From positions 320,001-384,000 of the forward strand of contig CAXBMO010000002.1 in the NCBI GenBank assembly GCA_963977015.1: DNA of 64,000 nt, given 5' to 3'. The position numbers were made by a program, and so were the translations under genes. This document shows, one piece after another, positions 19,792 to 28,327 of the stretch. The notes under the pieces were generated by a model, which saw only the letters and a program-made list of their open reading frames with translations, was not told the DNA's origin and ran no database searches. Each line of letters begins with the position of its first letter. Position 1 is the first letter of the stretch. This DNA is from an uncultured bacterium. GTDB lineage: Bacteria; Verrucomicrobiota; Verrucomicrobiia; Verrucomicrobiales; DEV007.

Positions 19792-20462
19792 GATGCGCCT
19801 TCCCAACCAGCCAGCGCCAGCATTCTTCCGGTATGGCCCTTCTCAAGGCGATAGGAGTAAAAGCGCGAAAGATCACTCGACGTGCAAACTCCGGAATCGC
19901 TGTATTGCGAAACAGGAACGCCGGAATCCAAAATCTGCTCGCGAATTTGGGATGCAAAATCGATCTCGTAGGCCGGAGGACGAATGCAGGGACTCAATGC
20001 GACGTGGAGATTCTCGGGTTTCGATCCATACCTTTCTCGCATCAGACCTATGGCTCGAGAAACGATTCCAAGTTCGGTCCCTTTCTTGCCGGAGTGAACA
20101 ACGCTGAGGGCGTGGTTCGCTGGATCAACAATCCAGACCGCTCCGCAATCGGCAACATAGATACCGAGCGTAACGCCTCTCAGATTCGTCATCAAACCGT
20201 CCACTCCCTCGATGCATCGGGACGTTGGCTCGGTGACTTCAAAGATTTCATTCCCATGAACCTGGGTGCTGGTAATGAGCGGCCAATCGCCCATCCCCAA
20301 TTCGCGGCGAGCATTCTGGTGACTGGCCTCCAGTCGTGACAAGACCAGTTCCTTGTCCGGAGAATCCACATCAACCCCTGGCGAACGCAGCAGAAACCCG
20401 TGTTTCAAGCTGGGAATGTCACTGAGAGCCGAAATCTTCTCGATGGGAGCCGCAAGAGCCAT
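19788..20462 (-). CDS. pgeF: PgeF/YfiH polyphenol-oxidase (laccase domain) family protein
   Basis: QVHG, DGLMT, VADCG, VHSGKKG, FYSYR...TGRM. Confidence 0.88.
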   Translation of the reverse strand: MALAAPIEKISALSDIPSLKHGFLLRSPGVDVDSPDKELVLSRLEASHQNARRELGMGDWPLITSTQVHGNEIFEVTEPTSRCIEGVDGLMTNLRGVTLGIYVADCGAVWIVDPANHALSVVHSGKKGTELGIVSRAIGLMRERYGSKPENLHVALSPCIRPPAYEIDFASQIREQILDSGVPVSQYSDSGVCTSSDLSRFYSYRLEKGHTGRMLALAGWEGAS

Positions 20463-20521
20463 TCGCTAACGTGGGTAGAAATGCGGTCTCCGCAAACGAC
20501 TTCCTGACAGAATGCAAAAAC

Positions 20522-22192
20522 CTAACGCAACGCCAATTTGACTAAAGCCTGTCGTGCCATCACCAACGGATTGTCCTTCACATATTCCCCGGTCTCCAGA
20601 TTGATGAATGCCCCCGGATAGATCTTGTTCATTCGGCGAATCGCAGCATCCGCATACTTGATGGCAGCATCGGTCCCGTCACGCTTGGCAATGGCAAAGG
20701 TCACATACTGGTGCGCTTCGCTCCAATGCTGCCCGAGGCGGTTGGTCTCGTATTGGCGATAGGGATGTTGGCTGTTGTATTCGAAGCTGGCGCGAACTGA
20801 CTTCTCAACCTCGATCATCATCTTCATGACCTCATCCCAATCCCCTCTGCGAAAGGCTTCCAGTTGGAGAAGACTCACCGCACGAACGTCACTGGGATAC
20901 TGCTCGACATTGTTCACCAGGAGATTGTCAACGTCACTCCAGAGGTAGGAGCGCTGCTGACACAGCGACACAAACGTGACAAGCACGATGGCGACGGCTG
21001 CCATTCCATAAACGTTCTTCTTGGACCAAATCCAGGTCAGGCCAATTCCCATGAGCAGGCCGATCCACGGCAAGGCCGGATAAACACGGTATTCGACCAT
21101 CAATTCACGAACGACATAGCCAAAACGCATCGCCAATGGCGCCAACGCCAGGGCGAGAAGCATGCCCACGATACGGTGCCGAGTGAACAGCGTGAGCCAG
21201 GCAGAAGCTGCAAACACGCCAACGGTCGCGATGGTTCCCAACACCGCGGCGGTGTCTCTACCACTGACGGTCCAAGGCACCCAGTGGTCTGCTGCCAGGT
21301 TCACTGGAAAAATGATTCGGGCGAGATAGGCCCAGAAAAGTCGCCCCTGAGTCAGCGCATGAATTCCCCAGTTGTGCTGAAGACTGAGACCAAAGTGCTT
21401 GTCCCAAAATGCGGTAAACGCGGCGGCGATGATCAAGAGAACCGAACCGCAACCAATCAGGTAAAGCCGCATCCGGGGCTCGAGCTGCTTCCATTGCAGT
21501 TTCCGAATCGCAACAAAGGAAAGCGTAGCCGCACAAACAACCGCCACATTTGCCACGGCGTGGATCAAACCAGGATTCTTGGAAATCGCGGCCCCGGCGA
21601 TTGCTCCGGTCGTGATCAATGCCCATTTGACGTTCGGCTGTTTGATGAAGCGGAACATCGACCATGCGGTGATCACGCTGAAGAGCGTAACGAGATCGAT
21701 CATGAGGCATCGAGCGTAATGAACCGGCTCAGCACCAATCGGATGACAGGCGAAGATCAACGCACCAAGCAGCGCGGCGCGCTTGCGCTCCTTCGAATCG
21801 GCAAGAAACTCGCTGCGCTCAAAAATGTCCTTTCCGCAGAAGAAAACCAGGGACGCAATTCCCAGATGTACCGTGAGATTAAGGGCGTGGAAAAGCGGTG
21901 CGTATGCTTCCAGATCCAGAGATTGACCTGTGGGATGAATGAACTGAATGAAGCTGTAGAGCAACGACCAAATGAGATAGGGAAGCCAACGCCAGTCCTG
22001 GCCCGTCCAAGTTCCTTCAAGCACATATTCCGACTTCAAAATGTGCCCTCCGTCATCCATGAAGAATTCTGCAGCCAGCGCCCAGGGGTGAGCAATCAAG
22101 GCCACGCAAAGAATCAACGCATAGGGGAACCAGGCAGTTCGAGCGTACTCGCGAATCTTGACTGAGAATTTGGACAGTGAATTGATGGACAT
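20522..22192 (-). CDS. Polytopic membrane protein, TMTC-like (GT-C glycosyltransferase candidate)
   Basis: FFMDD loop after TM1, FHALNLTVH, FACHPIGAEPV, FPVNLAADH, EYRVYP; helical C-terminus. Confidence 0.7.
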   Translation of the reverse strand: MSINSLSKFSVKIREYARTAWFPYALILCVALIAHPWALAAEFFMDDGGHILKSEYVLEGTWTGQDWRWLPYLIWSLLYSFIQFIHPTGQSLDLEAYAPLFHALNLTVHLGIASLVFFCGKDIFERSEFLADSKERKRAALLGALIFACHPIGAEPVHYARCLMIDLVTLFSVITAWSMFRFIKQPNVKWALITTGAIAGAAISKNPGLIHAVANVAVVCAATLSFVAIRKLQWKQLEPRMRLYLIGCGSVLLIIAAAFTAFWDKHFGLSLQHNWGIHALTQGRLFWAYLARIIFPVNLAADHWVPWTVSGRDTAAVLGTIATVGVFAASAWLTLFTRHRIVGMLLALALAPLAMRFGYVVRELMVEYRVYPALPWIGLLMGIGLTWIWSKKNVYGMAAVAIVLVTFVSLCQQRSYLWSDVDNLLVNNVEQYPSDVRAVSLLQLEAFRRGDWDEVMKMMIEVEKSVRASFEYNSQHPYRQYETNRLGQHWSEAHQYVTFAIAKRDGTDAAIKYADAAIRRMNKIYPGAFINLETGEYVKDNPLVMARQALVKLALR

Positions 22193-22341
22193 GAGATAGG
22201 GAGAATTGGATCACTAAAATATTAGAGTTTCCATAATACTCAAATGTTTTAACCTTTTCTTCCTAAATGCCCGCCACGCGCAAATCGATGCTCCTTCGGA
22301 ATTCAGGTTGACCCTTGATCACTCCCGAGTTGTTTCCGCCT

Positions 22342-23898
22342 ATGCAAAAACCCGCGACCTTACTGGTGCTGGCAATGGCGCTCGCGTTTACCGCAAGCAC
22401 CCATGCCGAACTTCGCCTTCCGTCAATTTTTGGAGAGAACATGGTCCTCCAGCGTGACATTCCGCTCAAGATTTGGGGCTGGGATAATCCCGGGCAAAGC
22501 GTGACCGTGACGATTGGGGAGCAAACAGCCCAAGGCAAGGCAGGCGAAGACGGGCGATGGGAAGTGAAACTTTCCCCACTCCAAGTGACACAGAAAGCAC
22601 TTGAGATGAACGTTCAGGGCTCGAGCGCGAAAACGCTCGGCAACATTCTGGTCGGGGAAGTCTGGGTCTGCTCAGGCCAATCCAACATGCAGTGGGCGGT
22701 TTCAAGCTCGGATGACGCCGACTTGGAAACCTTGACCGCCAAGTTCCCCAATATTCGACTCATCTCCATTCCACTGGTTGGGACTCAGGAACCGCAGTAC
22801 GATTTTCAAGGTCAATGGCTGGCCTGTTCACCGGAAACCGTGCGCGATTTCAGTGCCGTTGGTTATTTTTTCGGCAGGACTCTTCATCAGGCGCTGGATG
22901 TTCCCATTGGATTGATCGATAACGCGTGGGGCGGATCAGCTGCGGAAGCATGGGTTCGTCGCGAAGTCCTGGAAGCGGATGACGCGTATTCGGACTACCT
23001 GGCAATCTGGGAATCCAAAGAGGCGAACGTTGATGCAAACATGGCACGATGGGAAAAGGCGATGGCGGCTTGGAAAACGAAGGCCGCCGAAGCAAAAGCA
23101 GCGGGGAAAAATCCGCCACGCGCGCCTCGCAGCCCCGAACAAGAGTTGAAAGGCCAGCATCGTCCGGGCAATCTTCACAACGGGGTCCTCCTGCCGATCA
23201 TCGGCTATGGCATTCGCGGAGCGATTTGGTATCAGGGAGAAAACAACTCGGGAAGAGCCTACAACTACCGGTCACTCTTTCCTCTCATGATCAGCCAATG
23301 GCGCGAACTGTGGAACCAAGGTGACTTTCCGTTTTATTGGGTGCAACTGGCCGACTTCATGAACGAGCAACCCGCCCCAACAGCAAGCGCCTGGGCCGAA
23401 CTCCGCGAGGCTCAGACCATGACGCTCAGCCTCCCGAACACCGGTCAGGCTGTCATCTGCGATCTGGGAGAAGCCCACGATATCCACCCCAAGGATAAGC
23501 AAAATGTCGCAAAGCGGCTCGCGCGACATGCCTTGGCAAAAGACTACGGCATCGAGATCGTCGCTGAAAGCCCCCGCTACGCTTCCCACAAGGTTCAAGG
23601 GAACAAAGTGATCGTTGAGATCGATCACTTTGGCGCCGGGTTGGACACCTTCGATGTGCGAACACCACACGGGTTCGCGATCGCCGGTGAAGATCAACAA
23701 TTCGTCTGGGCCGATGCAAAAATCGTTGGCAACAACATCGAAGTCTCGAGCCCTGAAATCACCGCTCCCGTGGCGGTGCGGTATGCCTGGGCGGACAATC
23801 CCGTTGCCAATGTTCAAAATCGAGCAGGTCTCCCCCTCACTCCGTTTCGGACGGATGACTGGGAAATGGTGACGAATCCCAAGAATAGCTCCGACTAA
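22342..23898 (+). CDS. Sialate O-acetylesterase family protein
   Basis: [43 protein letters not shown]. Confidence 0.93.
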   Translation: MQKPATLLVLAMALAFTASTHAELRLPSIFGENMVLQRDIPLKIWGWDNPGQSVTVTIGEQTAQGKAGEDGRWEVKLSPLQVTQKALEMNVQGSSAKTLGNILVGEVWVCSGQSNMQWAVSSSDDADLETLTAKFPNIRLISIPLVGTQEPQYDFQGQWLACSPETVRDFSAVGYFFGRTLHQALDVPIGLIDNAWGGSAAEAWVRREVLEADDAYSDYLAIWESKEANVDANMARWEKAMAAWKTKAAEAKAAGKNPPRAPRSPEQELKGQHRPGNLHNGVLLPIIGYGIRGAIWYQGENNSGRAYNYRSLFPLMISQWRELWNQGDFPFYWVQLADFMNEQPAPTASAWAELREAQTMTLSLPNTGQAVICDLGEAHDIHPKDKQNVAKRLARHALAKDYGIEIVAESPRYASHKVQGNKVIVEIDHFGAGLDTFDVRTPHGFAIAGEDQQFVWADAKIVGNNIEVSSPEITAPVAVRYAWADNPVANVQNRAGLPLTPFRTDDWEMVTNPKNSSD

Positions 23899-23906
23899 TC
23901 CCCTTT

Positions 23907-24191
23907 ATGGAACTGAGCGAACTTCGTGAAAAAGCGTGGGTCGGAGATGCGGTTTTGGCACTCTACTCTCGAGAATGGATTTTGAGAGAGAAGGGCCGCA
24001 TGGATGGACCGTTGCAAACGCTCATGACCTCCAACGATTTCCTGGCAACGATCGGCAATCCAACCCAGGTCGAGGCTTCGATTGGAATGGTCTATGAAAA
24101 AGAGGGGCTCAGTTCAGCCTTCACCTGGATCGAGCGCGAAATTCTGCCTTCCTTTCTGGCGCAACAGCGAAAACGCGCCCGTGGGCGTTAG
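23907..24191 (+). CDS. Very small ribonuclease III-domain protein
   Basis: AWVGDAVLALY.R matches the RNase III signature; TSNDFL and VEASIG match later conserved motifs; no dsRBD; 94 aa. Confidence 0.7.
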   Translation: MELSELREKAWVGDAVLALYSREWILREKGRMDGPLQTLMTSNDFLATIGNPTQVEASIGMVYEKEGLSSAFTWIEREILPSFLAQQRKRARGR

Positions 24192-24357
24192 ATTGCGTCT
24201 ATCGGCCAGCGAGAAAGCATGAAAGTTCACAATTGCAGCATCCGACTAATGAAAAAGTCGTGGTGAATTACGTCCATTTTCAGAGACAAACTGAGTCCGA
24301 AACAAACTTCGGGCTTCACGACGATCATCCATCTGAACAAACTCAGACCCACCCATC

Positions 24358-24852
24358 ATGAAACGAACCTTAAAATTGCTATCTGCCTTCGCCATTGCAG
24401 GAGCGTTATTCCTTGGCTCAGCCTCTGCGGACTCCTCCAAAGTTGCTGAAGCCCTCAATGGCAAACTCGTAAAAATCGAAGGTGATTCGGCAGTCGAAGC
24501 AACCTTGAGCGGAGATCCCGAATACTACGTTTTCTATCATTCGGCCTCCTGGTGAGGCGGCTGCAAACCCGTGACTGCACAGTTGGTGCAGCTCTACAAT
24601 GAAGCCGGCGAAGAGAGAAAATACGAGATCGTGTTGTTTGGCTACGACAGTGATCAAAACTCGCTCGAAAACTACCTGAAGAAATCCAAGATGGCCTTTC
24701 CCGCCGTCAACAAAGCGGACATGGAAAAAGTGGCAGAGTTGGCCAAACTGGGAGAAACTGGATTCATTCCAAACGTCGTTTTGGTCAAACCTGATGGAAC
24801 CATGGTCGACAACGACCGCGACAAGGTTTTTGATATTTTAAAGAACCTGTAG
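24358..24852 (+). CDS. Exported thioredoxin-fold (tryparedoxin-like) protein with in-frame UGA, probable selenoprotein
   Basis: ORFs 24358..24555 and 24571..24852 share a frame; readthrough gives YHSASW-U-GGCKP, then YEIVLFGYD and cis-Pro motif FIPNVVLV; signal peptide; 164 aa. Confidence 0.85.
24573..24594 (+). promoter_or_regulatory. Candidate bacterial SECIS hairpin
   Basis: GA-CUGCAC/AGUUG/GUGCAG-c-UC; the loop starts 25 nt after the UGA and has G at loop position 2. Confidence 0.6.
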
Positions 24853-24876
24853 CCCGACCAATCTTTTCTTACCCTG

Positions 24877-24914
24877 AGCCCGCTTCGCGCATTCCTGCGG
24901 AGCGGGCTTTTTTT
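24877..24914 (+). terminator. Rho-independent terminator
   Basis: AGCCCGCTTCGC...GCGGAGCGGGCT followed by a T run. Confidence 0.85.
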
Positions 24915-24947
24915 GTCGGTTCTCTCAGACTTGATGTGGATTTTTGA

Positions 24948-25090
24948 TCAGCTTGTGAGACTCACCCCGAACCTGGTAGACGGTGGTGAAGCGCAGCGGA
25001 ACCACCAAACCGCCGTTGAGAGAATGATGCACTCCGAAGGTGCGCACGAGCTCTCAACCCCGGGATTCAACGGGTGACGAGTCAGGCTGA
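24948..25090. ncRNA. Candidate structured RNA (closing stem plus two hairpins), family unknown
   Basis: Nested complementary segments TCAGC/GCTGA, GACTC/GAGTC, TCACCC/GGGTGA, GGTGGT/ACCACC, GTTGAGAG/CTCTCAAC; cUUCGg loop on the minus strand. Confidence 0.4.
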
Positions 25091-25215
25091 ACCTTTGTTG
25101 AAGGACTACCTCGCGCCTGGCCCCCAATTGGACCTCACCTGAAGGAACACCACTCCCGGGATTCTCGCCTCGGAGAACACCCAACGAAACGAGGACGGAG
25201 AAGACGCCCACTCCC

Positions 25216-25252
25216 AATAAAAGAGAAGGACCGGGGTTTCCCCCGGCCCTTC
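25216..25252 (-). terminator. Rho-independent terminator of amt
   Basis: GAAGGGCCGGGG-GAAA-CCCCGGUCCUUC followed by UCUUUUAUU. Confidence 0.85.
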
Positions 25253-25316
25253 CAACCACGTTTCGGATTCCATGCGCCGCATCATTGCGGGCAGGAAATG
25301 ATTTAATGAGCTTCAG

Positions 25317-26666
25317 TTAGGAATCGTAGGAGGCAACCATGTCGCCATAAGCTGGCGCACCGTGCTCACCGATATCCAAACCTTCTTCCTCTTCTTCTTC
25401 GCTAACGCGGACGCCCATTACAACTTTGAGCAGGCCGAAGACGATCATCGAGAAGACGAATGCCCATGCAGAGTAAGTAAGCGTGCCAATCAACTGAGTG
25501 ATCACATTTGGCTCTCCGAAGATGCCAACTGCGAGCGTTCCCCAGATACCGCAAACGCCGTGAACGGAGATTGCACCAACCGGATCGTCGATCTTGATTT
25601 TGTCGAAGAACAGGATGGCGAAGACCACCAAAGCACCTGCGACGAGTCCGATGATAACTGCGGAAGCGATTCCAACAGAATCGGCACCAGCCGTGATACC
25701 GACCAAACCGGCCAAGATACCGTTCAGGGCCATCGAAAGGTCAGGCTTACGAAGGAAAATTGATGAAGTAAGGATTGAGGACAAAGCACCGGCCGAAGCA
25801 GCAAGAGCCGTTGTCACACAAACGTAGGAAACAAGAACCGGATCAGCATTCAGAACAGATCCGCCGTTGAATCCGAACCAGCCGAGCCAGAGGAGAAACA
25901 CCCCGATGGTTGCCAATGGCATGCTGGATCCAAGAATTGGTTTGATTCCACTGTCCGTGTATTTGCCCTTCCGTGCTCCCAAGAGGAGAACACATGCAAG
26001 TGCAGCAAATCCACCGAAGGCGTGCACGATTGAGGAACCGGCGAAATCGTAGAAGCCCATTCCGTCGAGGAAACCACCACCCCACTTCCAAGAACCGGAA
26101 ATTGGGTATGCGATAGCAACCAGGAGGGTTGCGAAGATCATGAAGCTGGGGAGCTTGACGCGCTCAGCAACAGCTCCGGAAACGATCGTCGCCGCCGTAG
26201 CTGCGAACATCGACTGGAAGAGGAAATCCGCCCAAGTCGTCATATCAAGCCCATACTCTCCAGGAGTCGTAATGCTTGTATCCTCAAGTGAGGACATTCC
26301 GGGAATGAAAGGACCAGCGAATCCGAAGATTCCTGCAGAGTCTTCTCCGAATCCTGGATACATCATGTTAAATCCACAAATCCAATAGGTCATAATACCC
26401 ATGGAGATGATGAACACGTTCTTGAAGAGGATGTTGACCGTATTTTTTGAGCGAGTCAGGCCAGACTCGAGAGTAGAAAAGCCGAGGTGCATGGTGAAAA
26501 CCAGAAACGCGGCAATCAAGATCCACAGGTTGTCAGTCACGAAGACTGCTTCCCCGCGGGGGTAGGCATCAACTGCTTCCTCAGCCATCAGGGAAAGACT
26601 GCTAGCGAAAAAGACGCCAGCAAGCGTGCCCAGGCTCAAGAGAAGCTTATTTGGTGATAGGTTCAT
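25317..26666 (-). CDS. amtB: Ammonium transporter
   Basis: FQSMFAAT, SGAVAER, DFAGSSIVH, LWLGWFGFNGGS, NGILAGLVGITA, DDPVGAISVHG, GLDIGEHG. Confidence 0.95.
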   Translation of the reverse strand: MNLSPNKLLLSLGTLAGVFFASSLSLMAEEAVDAYPRGEAVFVTDNLWILIAAFLVFTMHLGFSTLESGLTRSKNTVNILFKNVFIISMGIMTYWICGFNMMYPGFGEDSAGIFGFAGPFIPGMSSLEDTSITTPGEYGLDMTTWADFLFQSMFAATAATIVSGAVAERVKLPSFMIFATLLVAIAYPISGSWKWGGGFLDGMGFYDFAGSSIVHAFGGFAALACVLLLGARKGKYTDSGIKPILGSSMPLATIGVFLLWLGWFGFNGGSVLNADPVLVSYVCVTTALAASAGALSSILTSSIFLRKPDLSMALNGILAGLVGITAGADSVGIASAVIIGLVAGALVVFAILFFDKIKIDDPVGAISVHGVCGIWGTLAVGIFGEPNVITQLIGTLTYSAWAFVFSMIVFGLLKVVMGVRVSEEEEEEGLDIGEHGAPAYGDMVASYDS

Positions 26667-26773
26667 AAGGTAGGTTAGTGTTGTTTCGTTTGAAGAATCC
26701 AACGAGGGGGAGCCTCGCTGGAGCTCGGAAGGTTTACTCACTTAAGCAAACCAACTCGTGGCAAGAGAGCTAA

Positions 26774-26790
26774 AGCATTGTCCGTGCCAA
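26774..26790 (-). promoter_or_regulatory. sigma54 (-24/-12) promoter of amt
   Basis: Minus strand TTGGCACGGACAATGCT, exact GG-N10-GC spacing. Confidence 0.75.
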
Positions 26791-26840
26791 GTTTTGAAAA
26801 ACACCGTAAAACCGCAAAAACCTTTCCTATCACGCCTCCC

Positions 26841-26862
26841 CAGTGTCAGCTTTTGAACACTG
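26841..26862. promoter_or_regulatory. Palindromic enhancer-binding-protein site candidate
   Basis: CAGTGT-N10-ACACTG (TGT-N10-ACA core) about 50-70 bp upstream of the -24 box. Confidence 0.5.
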
Positions 26863-26881
26863 TTAATTACCAGGGCTCTCC

Positions 26882-28087
26882 CTAGCCCCTTCGAATCTCC
26901 GAACCTTTGAAGTAGATTCGAATTCGGTAAACGGTGTTAGGACGAAACCCAATCTCACCCGTCTTCAAATCGACGCGATCCGGCACGCGATTCAGTTGTT
27001 TATCAACTACCGCGTGGAATCCGCGCTCAGAAAAAATGTCGATCAACATGGCGAGAGCGAGCGGATTGGAAAGCACCTCATCCTCCGTATTGACGACGGC
27101 GCGCCCTGAAATGGCATGCCGCTCTACGATTGGCATAAATCGCTCACCCACCAAATCGACGACCTGTTGAAAAAGCTCGCAGTGGTCTCGTGCGTAGGAA
27201 TCCATACGCTTCACCAATTCCTGACGGGCATGCACAACAATCTCGCTGGCGAGTGGGATTCCCCGGACGACCTCAAACGTGCTGGGCTCCAGTTCGAGCG
27301 AACTCTGGTAAGTCAACTCCTGAAGAATATTCTCCTCCACCTCCTCAATCGAGCCCTGGGCATTCACCAGGTGATAGAAAAAGATCTCTTTGAGAGACTG
27401 GAGCGCATCCCAGGTCTTCTCCTTAAATACCCGGTATCGATGTTGAGCCGCCTTGACGTCCAGATCGGTCGCCCGGAGCTCCAACTTCTCGCCCAGCCCG
27501 GTCAGCTCCACTTCCTCGTTGTGCCGCTGGATCTCCTTTCCACGGCTCAACTGACGTTCCACACTGGTCTTCTCATCCACAAAAAGGACCATGACATGGA
27601 TCGTCGGACGTCGAAACTGGCCCGCTTGCGGCGTATTCTTGTGTTCGCGATGCAGCCCGCCGATCTTGGCGACCAACAGCTTCATGCACTCCACCTGAAT
27701 CTTGGTGCGCGGAAACCCATCAAGCACCGCTCCGTCGCGGAATTCCGGTTGGAGCATCTTGCGAAACAGGATCCCAATCACTTCGCGATCGCCCACCATC
27801 TGCCCGCGATCCTTGAGGTCTTTGGCCTCCTCACTGTTGAGCAGAGAACTGACGATAATGGGCCGGCAGGTCAGCCCTCGCGCTTTCAGAATGAACTCGG
27901 TGTTGGTGCCCTTTCCGGAGCCCGGCGCGCCTCCAAGGAGAATGATTTCTTTGGGAAAGCGCAGACTCTCGTGTCCCACCTCGTCTTCCAGCGCGTCCCA
28001 AGCCGCATCAAAAATCAGTTTGGCATCCTTGATCTCAACATCTTGGATCGGAACAGAATTTTGAGAAGGTGCCTGGGGCTCAGTCAT
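26882..28087 (-). CDS. Adenylate kinase-family nucleoside monophosphate kinase, long form
   Basis: GGAPGSGKGT P-loop, GQMVGD, LDGFPRT; long C-terminal extension. Confidence 0.85.
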   Translation of the reverse strand: MTEPQAPSQNSVPIQDVEIKDAKLIFDAAWDALEDEVGHESLRFPKEIILLGGAPGSGKGTNTEFILKARGLTCRPIIVSSLLNSEEAKDLKDRGQMVGDREVIGILFRKMLQPEFRDGAVLDGFPRTKIQVECMKLLVAKIGGLHREHKNTPQAGQFRRPTIHVMVLFVDEKTSVERQLSRGKEIQRHNEEVELTGLGEKLELRATDLDVKAAQHRYRVFKEKTWDALQSLKEIFFYHLVNAQGSIEEVEENILQELTYQSSLELEPSTFEVVRGIPLASEIVVHARQELVKRMDSYARDHCELFQQVVDLVGERFMPIVERHAISGRAVVNTEDEVLSNPLALAMLIDIFSERGFHAVVDKQLNRVPDRVDLKTGEIGFRPNTVYRIRIYFKGSEIRRG

Positions 28088-28100
28088 GATGGATCACACG

Positions 28101-28129
28101 ATTAGGCGTTCTCACAGGCGGCTTGTCAA
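28101..28129 (-). promoter_or_regulatory. sigma70-type promoter candidate for the kinase gene
   Basis: Minus strand TTGACA-N17-CCTAAT, ending 13 nt before the ATG. Confidence 0.45.
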
Positions 28130-28262
28130 GAATCCATCCACGGGACGAAGACCCCGGATGGAAAAGAGGTCTTCCGAATCGTAGTCGGCAAACTGGCGGA
28201 GCTTCCAATCTCAGCCACAAATTGCGATCTCGTAGCATCATTTTCTCTCTGAGATAACCACA

Positions 28263-28278
28263 TGGCATCATCCTTGCT
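28263..28278 (+). promoter_or_regulatory. sigma54 (-24/-12) promoter of the giant protein gene
   Basis: TGGCATCATCCTTGCT, GG-N10-GC, about 50 bp upstream of ATG 28328. Confidence 0.7.
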
Positions 28279-28327
28279 TAGGCCGGAACCGCTAACACAG
28301 CAGCTCTTCTACCACCTTCCCTAAGAC

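Noticed and set aside
24553-24555. Pseudogene interpretation of the split thioredoxin-like ORF
   Set aside because: The single TGA falls exactly on the catalytic Cys position with no other lesion, so recoding is the better explanation, though it is not proven.
24955-25001. Resemblance to a TPP riboswitch (TGAGA..ACCC.GAACCTG...GCG.AG.GGAA)
   Set aside because: It lacks the 5' GGG strand and the UAAU loop, and no thiamine-related or other plus-strand gene follows.
25105-25145. Partial similarity to SRP RNA (CAGGUGAGGUCC, minus strand)
   Set aside because: There is no GNRA loop or AGCAG strand of helix 8.
24948-25259. 103-aa minus-strand ORF
   Set aside because: It starts just upstream of the amt terminator and runs through it, with no motifs; kept only as an alternative to the ncRNA hypothesis.
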